Below, piece after piece: positions 8,291 to 17,265 of a stretch of DNA of 64,000 nucleotides. Location: positions 810 to 64,809 of IMG/VR virus record IMGVR_UViG_3300037248_000049; one strand, 5' to 3'. Under the pieces are notes generated by a model. The model was not told the DNA's origin, searched no databases, and was given only the letters and a program-made list of their open reading frames with translations. A program made the position numbers and the translations under genes. Positions within the stretch are counted from its first letter, which is position 1. Each line of letters opens with the position of its first letter. Source of the DNA: a virus. Lineage: Duplodnaviria; Caudoviricetes.

Positions 8291-8340
8291 GTTGGCACAG
8301 CCAACCCGAGGAGGCAAGTAATTTTGTTGGGTCAGTCAAC
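8291..8340. promoter_or_regulatory. OR-like operator pair GTTG-N7-CAAC
   Basis: Palindromes at 8291-8305 and 8326-8340, 35-bp period. Confidence 0.8.
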
Positions 8341-8376
8341 CCATTGAATCGCAAGGTCTGTCACTTTGACGCTGCG

Positions 8377-8724
8377 ATGACGGACCCCCAGATATTAGGT
8401 GCGCTGCTAAGGCGCTATCGAGAAAGCGCCGGACTCAAGCAGGCCGAGGTTGCGGCGCACATTAGAAGGGACCGTAGCACCTATGCGGGCTACGAGAACG
8501 GCCACAGCCTTCCGGGGAGGGAGGCGCTTGTGGCACTAGCCGATTTGTTCAAGATTTCCTTGGACTTGCTAGCTTCGGCGGACGGCGGCGGCACTGACGC
8601 GGCGTCGCAGGCTCAAACCGAAGCCGAGGCGCTCGTCCTTCATTGCTTCCGCCGGCTTCCGAGCGATGAAGCCAAGGCGTACCTCGACCTTCTCCTCGCA
8701 CGCGTCCGCAATCCCGGCAACTAA
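8377..8724 (+). CDS. cI: CI-like XRE repressor (no S24 peptidase domain)
   Basis: LRRYRESAGLKQAEVAAHIRRDRSTYAGYENG. Confidence 0.85.
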   Translation: MTDPQILGALLRRYRESAGLKQAEVAAHIRRDRSTYAGYENGHSLPGREALVALADLFKISLDLLASADGGGTDAASQAQTEAEALVLHCFRRLPSDEAKAYLDLLLARVRNPGN

Positions 8725-8747
8725 GAGATCGCGGCATTCTGTCGCAG

Positions 8748-8797
8748 GTTAGCTAGGCCAACATTTAGGGTGGACAACCCGCGTTGAACCTGCCAAC
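8748..8797. promoter_or_regulatory. OL-like operator pair GTTR-N7-CAAC
   Basis: 8748-8762 and 8783-8797, same 35-bp period as OR. Confidence 0.75.
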
Positions 8798-8833
8798 CTG
8801 ACCCCGTCAAACCTGATGGGGGTCCGCGCACAG

Positions 8834-9457
8834 ATGAAACAGCTACTCCTCGCCGGCACGATCCTCGGCGCGCTCGCGGCGCCGGCATGGGCCGGCCAAA
8901 TCACGATCGGCGGCAGCCTCGGCACGTCCTACGACCTCGTGTCCACGGGAAACGGCACGATCGCGGCCAACTCGCCGGGGTATTGGGCGTCGGCGCTGTT
9001 CGACTCGGAGGTCGGGACGGTTCCGGACGGCGCGCATTTCGGCCCGACGACGTTCGCGACCGGCCCCGAGGTCGATGGCGTCTTTACGGTCGTCTCGGGC
9101 GGCGAGGAGGCGCTTTCGGTCGCCTTCCCGGACGGCGACACGGCCAGCGGGACGGCGCAGATTACCCAAATCGACGACGGCAGCCCGAACCCGCACATCG
9201 CATTCGACTGGACGTACGTGTCGTCGGGCGACCCGGCGTTCCTCGCCAGCTTCCCCGGAGGGACGACGGATGGCGAATATATCTTCGCGACCGTGACAAC
9301 CCTGCTCGACCAATTCGCATTGTCGCCGGGCGACGAGTTCCTGACCGGCTCGGCGGGGCAAATCGAGGACACGGCGGCCGTGCCGGAAGCTGGCACGCTG
9401 GCGCTCCTGGGGCTGGCGCTCGTCGGGCTCGGGGTTGCCAAGCGGCGCATCACCTAA
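8834..9457 (+). CDS. Secreted PEP-CTERM protein
   Basis: Signal peptide MKQLLLAGTILGALAAPAWA; acidic beta-rich body; VPEAGTLALLGLALVGLGVAKRR tail. Confidence 0.9.
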   Translation: MKQLLLAGTILGALAAPAWAGQITIGGSLGTSYDLVSTGNGTIAANSPGYWASALFDSEVGTVPDGAHFGPTTFATGPEVDGVFTVVSGGEEALSVAFPDGDTASGTAQITQIDDGSPNPHIAFDWTYVSSGDPAFLASFPGGTTDGEYIFATVTTLLDQFALSPGDEFLTGSAGQIEDTAAVPEAGTLALLGLALVGLGVAKRRIT

Positions 9458-9476
9458 AACCGAGGATTTGGCGCAA

Positions 9477-9734
9477 ATGGTGGTCATCCTAAAGGGCAAA
9501 GTGCCCAATGCGCCCTGCGACCGCGTATTAGCGATTGAGGCAGTAGCAAAAGCAATTTGCGAGAGCGTCGGAGAAGACCCGGCAGACGGCACAATGATGC
9601 TACTCACGGCCGCCGTTCATATCGCGATGCAGCACTCCGATAAGTCGATCAAAGATATCGCCACGCTGCTCGCGGAATGCCTCGGATGCGCGATCGTTGC
9701 GGCCGATGATTTCTTTAAACTTCGGAGCATCTAA
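9477..9734 (+). CDS. Hypothetical protein
   Basis: GAGG RBS; TAATG coupling. Confidence 0.6.
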   Translation: MVVILKGKVPNAPCDRVLAIEAVAKAICESVGEDPADGTMMLLTAAVHIAMQHSDKSIKDIATLLAECLGCAIVAADDFFKLRSI

Positions 9735-10024
9735 TGGCCGACTCCCTCAACGACATGCTGCTGACAATCGCGCGGGCCGGCGCCGGGTTGGAGCCGCCTC
9801 CCGACATTATCGACATTTGCTGCGACACCGCACTGGTCGCGATCCGGCTCGACGCGTTTCTGCGCGTGATCAATGACGACCTGGACGACGGCCGACTGCG
9901 CGAGCCCGACATCATGCGGGCGCGGCTGCTGGAGTTGCGCGAGCTGCGGGACCGGCTGACGGCGATTGTCGGGCAGGCCGAGGTATTGGCAGGAGAGGCG
10001 CAATGCCGTCCTATCTCGGGTTAG
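9734..10024 (+). CDS. Hypothetical protein
   Basis: Operonic ORF. Confidence 0.6.
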   Translation: MADSLNDMLLTIARAGAGLEPPPDIIDICCDTALVAIRLDAFLRVINDDLDDGRLREPDIMRARLLELRELRDRLTAIVGQAEVLAGEAQCRPISG

Positions 10025-10251
10025 GCATTCGCGCGTCCTCCGAGCGCGCCCATGACGAGCGCCGCGCGACTGCCGACCTCGACGCGATCGAGGCGGCCGA
10101 AGCGGAGTTCCGCAACCTCGTGACGGCGTGGGCATTGCGCCACCCGACTTACACCGGCGAGAAGGCGATGCCGCACATCGAGAGCTTCCTCGCCGACTAT
10201 TTCGACCATGAGCGCAGAGAGGCGCGCGAGGAGATGGAGGGAGGTTGGTAA
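10003..10251 (+). CDS. Hypothetical protein
   Basis: AGGAG RBS; operonic. Confidence 0.6.
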   Translation: MPSYLGLGIRASSERAHDERRATADLDAIEAAEAEFRNLVTAWALRHPTYTGEKAMPHIESFLADYFDHERREAREEMEGGW

Positions 10252-10493
10252 TGCCATACGTCGAAGTCTGGGTCGATCCTGACGAATACGATCCTCAACA
10301 GGTACGCGCAGTAAGAGACTTGGTTCTGATTGCCGAAAGCATTTGCCCAACTTTACTGCCGCCTCAACAGGAAGAAGTGATTGAAGCAATTGCAAAAGTC
10401 AGGCGAGAGTGTTTGCTTGATGAATCCAATATTGAGCCCTATCCGATCGATATAAAATACAAAAAGTGGCTCTCTGAGAGGGGCGGGGCGTGA
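10251..10493 (+). CDS. Hypothetical protein (lower GC)
   Basis: TAATG coupling. Confidence 0.6.
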   Translation: MPYVEVWVDPDEYDPQQVRAVRDLVLIAESICPTLLPPQQEEVIEAIAKVRRECLLDESNIEPYPIDIKYKKWLSERGGA

Positions 10494-10807
10494 TTGAGCG
10501 GCATTGCCCGGTCTGCGGCGCGACCCTGGTCCCGGCAGAGGAAGAGGGCGCGAAGCACTTTGCCCTTCGCATCACCTGCGGCGAGCGCAAGTGCGTCAGC
10601 GCATTGCGCATCGCGTCGTGCAAGCGGGCCGCCACGGAACGGGATCAGCCGCCGGAAGGCCCGGTGCCGACCGATCGCTGGCCGGCGGAAATGGCGCTGA
10701 CGCGGCCGTTCGCCGACGACGTGCGAACGACGGCGCGCGGCAGCATCGGGTTGCCGGCGACATTGGCCGGCGGGTGTTCTTCATCGTCAGGGTGGGGAGT
10801 GAAATGA
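10490..10807 (+). CDS. Zinc-finger-like hypothetical protein
   Basis: RHCPVCG..TCGERKC. Confidence 0.55.
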   Translation: MIERHCPVCGATLVPAEEEGAKHFALRITCGERKCVSALRIASCKRAATERDQPPEGPVPTDRWPAEMALTRPFADDVRTTARGSIGLPATLAGGCSSSSGWGVK

Positions 10808-11040
10808 CCAAATTTCTGATTGAGGACGGCATACCAATACCGCCAAAAGGCGGAACAACCCAATATCCATGGCCCGAAATCGGCATGGGTCAGAGCGTTT
10901 TTGTTCCCGGCGACCAGCGTGTCGTCAGGCTAACGCGGACCGCTTTGAGTGCGTGGGCAATCAGTAACGGCCGTAAATTCACGTGCCGCGTTTGTACGGA
11001 GAATGGCGTTGCTGGCATCCGCGTCTGGCGTATCGAATGA
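10804..11040 (+). CDS. Small phage protein (IEDGIPIP..YPW..GQSVFV..GIRVWR family)
   Basis: Recurrent phage motif; ATGA coupling. Confidence 0.75.
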   Translation: MTKFLIEDGIPIPPKGGTTQYPWPEIGMGQSVFVPGDQRVVRLTRTALSAWAISNGRKFTCRVCTENGVAGIRVWRIE

Positions 11041-11056
11041 CCGGGGAAGGCGTATC

Positions 11057-11245
11057 ATGATCGACCCGACAATCCGCAACTACGCGCACGAGGCCCGGCG
11101 GCGCGACTGCTCGCGGCTGCGCCCATTGCCGCAGGTGGAGGCGCGCACGGAAATCGCGGCGGAGTTCGCGCTGGCCGAGGAATTGCGGCTGGTGGTGCTG
11201 CGGTCCCTGACCGTGCCGCTGGCCGAGATTGCGAGGATGGCGTGA
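11057..11245 (+). CDS. Hypothetical protein
   Basis: Operonic ORF. Confidence 0.5.
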   Translation: MIDPTIRNYAHEARRRDCSRLRPLPQVEARTEIAAEFALAEELRLVVLRSLTVPLAEIARMA

Positions 11246-11457
11246 CCTTGCAGAAAATTGACTGCCAGAACGAGCGACCGGCGCCCGCCGTCGATCCTCT
11301 CGACTGTCGAGTGACGTATCGACTGGACGAGTACGGCGAGCCGGTCGCGGTGCAGAAGCCCGAATGGTCGCCGCCGTTCCGGTTCTGGGTCGCGGCGGTG
11401 GTCGGCGCCGTCGCCGCGTGGGCGATCTTCTGGCTGACGTGGGTAGAGCTGCCATGA
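11242..11457 (+). CDS. Small membrane protein
   Basis: C-terminal TM segment. Confidence 0.55.
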   Translation: MTLQKIDCQNERPAPAVDPLDCRVTYRLDEYGEPVAVQKPEWSPPFRFWVAAVVGAVAAWAIFWLTWVELP

Positions 11458-11479
11458 TCATCAACTGCGAGGAGCAAGG

Positions 11480-11695
11480 GTGATGGACCCTACCGGATAT
11501 ATGCTGGGGATATTTTTCGCGACGGCTGTTGGCGTTTTTGGCGGTGCCCTCATAGTCGGCGCTTGCTGGTCAACAGCAAATGCAAAAGTCGAATGGGCAA
11601 TGGACGTGGCGATCCGCGAGGCTCAGCGACAGAAGGCTGACGCCGAGCGCGAATTAATAGCGGCCGCTACCCGAAAGCTCAGTGGCGATACCTGA
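11480..11695 (+). CDS. Small membrane protein
   Basis: N-terminal TM; GAGGAG RBS. Confidence 0.55.
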   Translation: MMDPTGYMLGIFFATAVGVFGGALIVGACWSTANAKVEWAMDVAIREAQRQKADAERELIAAATRKLSGDT

Positions 11696-11723
11696 CCTGA
11701 AACCCTAGTTAGCGAGAGCTGCC

Positions 11724-12461
11724 ATGAACGCCTTCGAGCGCCACGGCATCAGGCATCTGTCGGCGTCGAGCATCAACCTCTACCGGGCCGAGCCGGCGCT
11801 GTGGGTCATGAAATATCTCTGGCGCGTCAGCGACGACGCCGGCCCCGGTGCATGGCGTGGGCAGGCGGTCGAGGCCGCGGTTGACCTTGTGCTTTACAAG
11901 AACTGCCCGGACGACGAAGCGATCGAAGTCGCGATCCAATCCTTCGAGTCCAAGGCTCAGGGCGACCTGGACGAGAAGGTAGTCAAGGAGCGCGAGGCGT
12001 TGCCGGCTTTCGTGCGCCAGGCCGCAAAGCTGCTACGCCCGCTCGGCGAGCCCGTCGCACGCCAGTACCGGGTTGAGCAATGGCTGGAGGGGATCGACGT
12101 GCCGATTGTCGGGTATGTCGACTATGTGTGGCCCGATCACCTGATGGAATTAAAGACGACGATGCGGATGCCGTCCTTCCCGCGCGACGACCATGCGGCG
12201 CAGGTCGTGTCCTATGCCGACGCAATGGAGCGGCCGGCGGGGATTGCCTACGTGACGCCGGCCAAGGGGATCATCTACCCGAGCCTGATGCTCGACGCGA
12301 CGGCGGCGCGATGGTCGATGCTGAGGGGCGCCAGGGCCATTCGCGGGCTGCTGTCGCGCATCGACGACAAAGAGCAGGCCGCCGCGATGTTCTCGCCGAA
12401 CCTGTCGTCGTTCTATTGGACCGATGCGACCAAGGCTGTCGCGATGCAGATATGGGGCTGA
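11724..12461 (+). CDS. PD-(D/E)xK recombination exonuclease
   Basis: HLSASSI..; IVGYVDYVW..LMELKT; adjacent to ERF. Confidence 0.82.
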   Translation: MNAFERHGIRHLSASSINLYRAEPALWVMKYLWRVSDDAGPGAWRGQAVEAAVDLVLYKNCPDDEAIEVAIQSFESKAQGDLDEKVVKEREALPAFVRQAAKLLRPLGEPVARQYRVEQWLEGIDVPIVGYVDYVWPDHLMELKTTMRMPSFPRDDHAAQVVSYADAMERPAGIAYVTPAKGIIYPSLMLDATAARWSMLRGARAIRGLLSRIDDKEQAAAMFSPNLSSFYWTDATKAVAMQIWG

Positions 12462-12463
12462 CT

Positions 12464-13183
12464 ATGGATACCGACGCCTGCCGCCGCAGCGAAGAGTGTG
12501 GCGAGTTGTTCACCGCTCTGGCGAGCGTGCAGCAGACGCTCGAGAATGTCGAGCGCGACGCCGAGAACCCCGGCTTCAAGCGCGGCAACAAGCCCAGCAC
12601 CTATGCCTCGCTCGGGGCGGTCCTGGACCTTGTGCGGCCGAAGCTCGCGGGCGCCGGGCTGTCCATCTGTCAGATGCCGGTGAACGGCGACGGCAGCAAC
12701 ATCGGCGTCACGACGCTGCTTGGACACAAGAGCGGCCAGTGGATCGAGTCGACCCTCTATGTCGCGCCGCAGCAATTCACCGCGCAGGGGGCGGGCAGCG
12801 TGATCACCTACCTGCGCCGGTACGCGGCAATGGCGATGGTCGGGCTGGCGCCGGAGGACGACGACGGCAATGCCGCGTCCATCAATGCGCCGACGACGAC
12901 ACAAGCGCAGCCAGCTGTCCGGTCGCCACCATCGCGCCCCGGTGGCCCCGCAAGGCGCGCTCCGGTTGACGGGCCTTCCGAGGAGGAATTGGCGTGCGCG
13001 CGCGGCGCATGGAAGCGGCTGCACGACGCGATGGAGAAGGCGAAGCTGCCGAAGCTGATCGACGAGATTGTGGAAATCGGCGCCGACGACCTCGCCAAGA
13101 TCAAGGCATCAAGCCCGGACGCCTATGACGGGCTGATCCAATTCTCCATCGCGCGCAAGAACGAGATGTTGTCCGCCGCATGA
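12464..13183 (+). CDS. erf: ERF-family ssDNA annealing protein
   Basis: YASLGAVLD, LGHKSGQWIES, QGAGSVITYLRRYA..GLAPEDDDGNAA. Confidence 0.93.
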   Translation: MDTDACRRSEECGELFTALASVQQTLENVERDAENPGFKRGNKPSTYASLGAVLDLVRPKLAGAGLSICQMPVNGDGSNIGVTTLLGHKSGQWIESTLYVAPQQFTAQGAGSVITYLRRYAAMAMVGLAPEDDDGNAASINAPTTTQAQPAVRSPPSRPGGPARRAPVDGPSEEELACARGAWKRLHDAMEKAKLPKLIDEIVEIGADDLAKIKASSPDAYDGLIQFSIARKNEMLSAA

Positions 13184-13656
13184 CCGCGATCGAAGCGACC
13201 TTCGTGGACCTGCGCACGGTGAAAACTAGGGCCGTGCTCCAGATCATCCTTGAATTGCCGTTGGAAAGGGCGGACGAGGCCCTACAGGCCCTCGGCGGCA
13301 TTCCGCAGCCCGGCACCGACCGCTGGGTCGGGATCGCCCGCCTGACGCCGCCAGAAGCCCGCGCGGAGCCCGCACAGCCCCACAAAGACCTCGCCCGGTC
13401 GATGGCCGGCAAGGCGCGCTATGCCGCACAGACGCCCGGCGAGAGAGCCGTGGTGCGCGCTGGGGTGCTAGCGAAGGACGAGCGGTTCCAGGCGTGGCTT
13501 GTCAAGATGGGTCGGACAGATCAGGCAAACGAGCACGTCGCGGCGGACTGCATCCGGCGCGCATGTGGCTGTCGTGAGTCGCGCCGTGAGATCGCAACCG
13601 ATCCCGACTGTCTGCGGCGCTTCGAAGCGCTAGAAGCGGCGTACCAGAATTATTGA
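13180..13656 (+). CDS. Hypothetical phage protein
   Basis: ATGA coupling; IRRACGCRESRREI motif. Confidence 0.7.
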   Translation: MTAIEATFVDLRTVKTRAVLQIILELPLERADEALQALGGIPQPGTDRWVGIARLTPPEARAEPAQPHKDLARSMAGKARYAAQTPGERAVVRAGVLAKDERFQAWLVKMGRTDQANEHVAADCIRRACGCRESRREIATDPDCLRRFEALEAAYQNY

Positions 13657-13666
13657 GACGGGTACG

Positions 13667-13867
13667 ATGCTCTGTGAAACCTGCCGCGACCGTGGCGGCC
13701 CCATGGGTCCGGGATGGATCATGGAGCTCGGCGCGGACGAGAACGGCCGGCGCACCGTCACATACCGGCCGTGCCTCGAATGTATCGGAGGGACGGCAAA
13801 CTGCTGCGGCGACGCAATAACTCAGGCCGGCAATCCTGAACCTTACGGGGAGAAAGCACATGACTGA
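13667..13867 (+). CDS. Small Cys-rich protein
   Basis: CETC..CLEC.GG..CC. Confidence 0.55.
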   Translation: MLCETCRDRGGPMGPGWIMELGADENGRRTVTYRPCLECIGGTANCCGDAITQAGNPEPYGEKAHD

Positions 13868-14081
13868 CTTTGAAGGCCGCGCGCATTGGCTGATCGGCGA
13901 AGCGCACGCGAAGTGGGCCGAGCGTTTCCCGGACAGCAGCGAGCCCGTCGCGCCATGCTCGTCCCGCGACGACGAAATCGCCAAGCGGGTCGCCGAGGAC
14001 TATTGGCATTATTTCCGCTGGTCGATCGCGCTGATAGCGGTCGCGTACCTGCTCGGCATGATAACGCCGTGGCTGGCGTGA
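13860..14081 (+). CDS. Small membrane protein
   Basis: C-terminal TM. Confidence 0.55.
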   Translation: MTDFEGRAHWLIGEAHAKWAERFPDSSEPVAPCSSRDDEIAKRVAEDYWHYFRWSIALIAVAYLLGMITPWLA

Positions 14082-14082
14082 G

Positions 14083-14301
14083 ATGGGCACAACAGGAATG
14101 CCGTCACTAACCGGCATGACAAGCTGGCACGCCGGCCTTCGCTGCATGCAGGCGGATGATCCGGGCGCTTTCCCCGGTAAATTCGAGGTCGTCTTGCGGT
14201 TTGACGACCTGGCTGTCGTCAAGGCGTGGTGCGCCTGGATCATCATGACAAATGATGCGGCATGGCAGGGCGCCGAGATCGCCCGCGAGCGCGATGGCTG
14301 A
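14083..14301 (+). CDS. Hypothetical protein
   Basis: Operonic ORF. Confidence 0.45.
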   Translation: MGTTGMPSLTGMTSWHAGLRCMQADDPGAFPGKFEVVLRFDDLAVVKAWCAWIIMTNDAAWQGAEIARERDG

Positions 14302-14539
14302 ACGCTTCCTCCCGCGCGGGCTGACGCCCCGGCTCCTGTCGCGAGACGCCGCCTCTGCCTACTGCGGCATGTCGCCGACCCATTTTGACGAGCACGTCGC
14401 GCCATCCGTCCCGCCGCTCGTCCTGGGGCGGCGAAACCTTTGGGATGTGAGGGCCTTGGACCGCTGGCTTGACCAACGCTCCGGGCTCAGCGACGTTTTT
14501 GTTGCCGAGAACGCATGGTTGGAGAAATTGGGGCGATGA
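14294..14539 (+). CDS. xis: Excisionase / AlpA-like winged HTH
   Basis: PRLLSRDAASAYCGMSPTHFD..LWDVRALDRWLD; just upstream of the integrase. Confidence 0.8.
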   Translation: MAERFLPRGLTPRLLSRDAASAYCGMSPTHFDEHVAPSVPPLVLGRRNLWDVRALDRWLDQRSGLSDVFVAENAWLEKLGR

Positions 14540-14832
14540 GTGACGACTGGCGGCCAATCGCTACAGCACCGCGAGATGGATCAATTTTGATTCTGTATTT
14601 GGGGGAAGACATTGAACGAACCTACGTGTCTCCAAAGGAAGCCGCGCGTTATTGCCTCGGTTTCTTTGAGGTCGCCGATCCCGAATGGGGCCGTCGAGGC
14701 GAATGGCTATCCATTGAGAGCGCTGAGGAAACATGGGGATATGGGTCAGAACTAACCGGCCCAATGACGGATACTAGCTGCATTCCATGCAAGCCGACGC
14801 ACTGGATGCCGCTGCCGGAACCGCCGAAGTGA
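14536..14832 (+). CDS. DUF551-like protein
   Basis: WRPIATAPRDG...PTHWMPLPEPP. Confidence 0.85.
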   Translation: MSDDWRPIATAPRDGSILILYLGEDIERTYVSPKEAARYCLGFFEVADPEWGRRGEWLSIESAEETWGYGSELTGPMTDTSCIPCKPTHWMPLPEPPK

Positions 14833-15887
14833 TCGTGCGCATTCGCGGCGTTAAGCGCGTTCGCTCGAAAGGGCGCACCTACTACTACCACCGCGCTACC
14901 GGCACACGGATCACCGCGCCACCGCACTCCGCCGCGTTTGTCGCCGAGGTCCATCGGCTCGATAAGGCGACCGATAGCACTCTTATTTTGACAAAGTCGC
15001 GGCTCCAATCGCGGACAGAGCCCTATAAACGCGGCTCGTGGGGCTCTCTGGTGGCGGCATACCGCGCCAGCCCGGAGTTCTCCCGCCTCGCTCCTCGCAC
15101 CAAGAGCGATTACGGCAAGGTGCTCGACTACCTCGCAGCGCTCGACGACATGCCGCTTGTTCAACTCACGTCGGCAACCTGCCTCAAAATCCGCGATCGG
15201 GCCTTCGCGCAGCACAAACGCAGGTTCGGCAACTATGTCGTCCACATGCTCTCGGTCGTGCTCGGCTGGGGCAAGCCGCGCGGCTATGTCGCCGAGAACG
15301 CCGCGCTCGGTCTTCCGAAGATCGCCAAGCCGCGCGACGCACCCGAAGCGAACCGCGCCTGGTCGGACGATGAATGCGCCGCTGTGCTCGACGCCGCGAC
15401 CGGCGGGCTCAAGGTCGCGGTCGCGCTCGCCATGTGGGCTGGCCCGCGCGGCGAGGATGTCGTGCGGATGTCGTGGTCGGCGTATGACGGGCAGCATGTC
15501 GAGTGGCGCCAGGGCAAGACCGGCAACGCCGTATGGCTGCCGGCGGACTATCGGCTGCGGGAAATCCTCGATGCGACCCCGAGAGTGGCGACGACCATCG
15601 TCACGGGCGCGTCAGGACGGCCGTGGAAGCCTGCCACGCTGCGGAAAGAGTTTCGGGCGCTGATCCTGCGGCTGCTGGCGGATGGCCTCGTGCGGCCCGG
15701 CATCACGTTCCATGGGATGCGCACGACGGCGGGGAAGAACCTCGGCGACCTCGGCGGCGACATTCGGGCGATCCAGGCGCGGCTGGGGCACAGCTCGCCG
15801 AACATGGCGCTGCATTATAGCCGTGGGTCCGATCGGAAAGAGGCTGCCAAAAGGGCGGTGCATGTGCTGGAACGGAGGAAGAAGTGA
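14829..15887 (+). CDS. int: Tyrosine integrase
   Basis: Catalytic R (GPRGED), HxxR (FHGMRTT), LGH and Y (LHYS); N-terminal arm-binding segment. Confidence 0.95.
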   Translation: MIVRIRGVKRVRSKGRTYYYHRATGTRITAPPHSAAFVAEVHRLDKATDSTLILTKSRLQSRTEPYKRGSWGSLVAAYRASPEFSRLAPRTKSDYGKVLDYLAALDDMPLVQLTSATCLKIRDRAFAQHKRRFGNYVVHMLSVVLGWGKPRGYVAENAALGLPKIAKPRDAPEANRAWSDDECAAVLDAATGGLKVAVALAMWAGPRGEDVVRMSWSAYDGQHVEWRQGKTGNAVWLPADYRLREILDATPRVATTIVTGASGRPWKPATLRKEFRALILRLLADGLVRPGITFHGMRTTAGKNLGDLGGDIRAIQARLGHSSPNMALHYSRGSDRKEAAKRAVHVLERRKK

Positions 15888-15964
15888 GCACCCGTAGCTC
15901 AATAGGACAGAGCGTCCGATTTCTAATCGGAAGGCTGAGGGTTCGAGTCCTTCCGGGTGCGCCA
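15888..15964 (+). tRNA. tRNA-Arg(TCT)
   Basis: 77-nt cloverleaf: acceptor GCACCCG/CGGGTGC, anticodon loop TTTCTAA, TTCGAGT T-loop, encoded CCA. Confidence 0.95.
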
Positions 15965-16200
15965 CCCTGGAAAACGGTTTTCCAAAAATTCCGGTATATC
16001 CGCAGACTTTTCCAAAGTTGCAGAAATGCCACCTTGCAAATCAACACGGAAGAGAATGGGGTCCGGTGACCCCCACGGTCTTCAAATCCGAGCGGCATTT
16101 CCGGTTTCCGCGCTCGGAATGACCAGTTTTCCAAGAATTTCGTCACCCTGCTATCATGGGCTTCACCCTGATATGGAAAACCCGAACGCGAAACCTGATT
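15965..16200. other. attP region with arm-type repeats
   Basis: TTTTCCAA at 15978, 16008 and 16127, and inverted TGGAAAA at 15968 and 16174, flanking a tRNA fragment next to int. Confidence 0.75.
16048..16090 (+). pseudogene. selC: 5' half of tRNA-Sec (selC), att core
   Basis: GGAAGAGA-ATGGGGTCCGGTGACCCCCA-CGGT-CTTCAAA: selC-type 5' end, long D stem and UCA anticodon loop; no T-arm or 3' acceptor follows. Confidence 0.75.
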
Positions 16201-16251
16201 TCCCTGCGGTCGACGGCAACCAGGATGCGGACGCGAACTTTCGGTTGAGAG

Positions 16252-16632
16252 TCAGCCATTTTTCTCCCCAGTCGGCGCGTTCGGATTCGCTACCCCGACT
16301 AAATTGCCGAGCTGAAAAATGGCCGCGGCTAGCCGCGGATGATTCTTGACAAGAATATTATCTGGATCATCCCCGCCGCCGTAGCGTAACCACGTCACGC
16401 GCTGAGCTGCTACAGTGAGGTCGCGGAGATCGCGCATATAAAGCGCGATTCTCCGGTAATCATTGAAAAGCCGCAGGAAATTTTCTGGGTCATTGACCGC
16501 TGACCAATCATCGGCGTGCCAATTACCTTGCTCTAGCCGCGGCTTGTGGGTCGTCGGCTTGGCGTCGTTCGCCTTGGCGTTGTCAGGCATTCGCGATCCT
16601 CCGAACAAGACGATAGGCACTCCATCCGACAA
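16252..16632 (-). CDS. Hypothetical protein
   Basis: ORF of about 110-126 aa; start uncertain. Confidence 0.55.
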   Translation of the reverse strand: MSDGVPIVLFGGSRMPDNAKANDAKPTTHKPRLEQGNWHADDWSAVNDPENFLRLFNDYRRIALYMRDLRDLTVAAQRVTWLRYGGGDDPDNILVKNHPRLAAAIFQLGNLVGVANPNAPTGEKNG

Positions 16633-16738
16633 GGCCCCAAAACATGATCGGGCAGACCATAAGGGCTAGGCCAACCCAGGCCGGAACCTCGATCCCGCCT
16701 TGTAGCGTCATCTTCTGATCAGGATTGGTCGGCATCAC

Positions 16739-17050
16739 TCAGTCTCCAATGGCCGGAGTGGCACCGAAGTAAATGCCGTGTTGGTAGAACCCGGTGGCAA
16801 ATGGTATTACGATCCAGCCTGGCGGAAATATCGCTACAAACGCTGCCATCCCTTGATTGCCGCGAACCATGCTGGCATCGCATACGTCTTGCCACCGATG
16901 ATGACAGCTCCAATCCAAATCGGCATTAGCCGCCCCGAACGTGGTTATCACGCCAATAGCATAAGCGACGCCGACGATCCGGAGTCTCATTGCCGCGCTT
17001 CTCGCGGAGCCCCAGACAACCAACGAGGTATGTCGGCCACGATTCCTCAT
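16739..17050 (-). CDS. Membrane protein
   Basis: Two hydrophobic segments. Confidence 0.55.
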   Translation of the reverse strand: MRNRGRHTSLVVWGSARSAAMRLRIVGVAYAIGVITTFGAANADLDWSCHHRWQDVCDASMVRGNQGMAAFVAIFPPGWIVIPFATGFYQHGIYFGATPAIGD

Positions 17051-17051
17051 G

Positions 17052-17255
17052 TCACTTCTCCTCGATTGGTCGGTAATCCACCACGGCGATTAGACCGAGA
17101 GCGCGGAGCAATTTCTCCCCAGGATTCCGGTTGCCGCGCAGCACCTCGTTGACGTAGGTCTGCGCTAGGCCATGCTCGCGCGCCCACGCCGCCTGCGACC
17201 CCGCCTGGGCGCAGCGCGATCGGAGCAGGTGGATCACTTCGGACAGTTCCATCAC
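17052..17255 (-). CDS. Small HTH protein
   Basis: GSQAAWAREHGLAQTYVNEVLRGNRNPG. Confidence 0.75.
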   Translation of the reverse strand: MMELSEVIHLLRSRCAQAGSQAAWAREHGLAQTYVNEVLRGNRNPGEKLLRALGLIAVVDYRPIEEK

Positions 17256-17265
17256 ATGGAGCGTT

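Noticed and set aside
15888-15964. tRNA-Arg(TCT) as a host gene marking a prophage boundary
   Set aside because: Phage genes continue on both sides and no duplicated 3' fragment was seen; arm repeats centre on the selC fragment instead.
16048-16140. Complete tRNA-Sec gene
   Set aside because: No TTCG T-loop or matching 3' acceptor/CCA and the anticodon stem is mismatched; only the 5' half is present.
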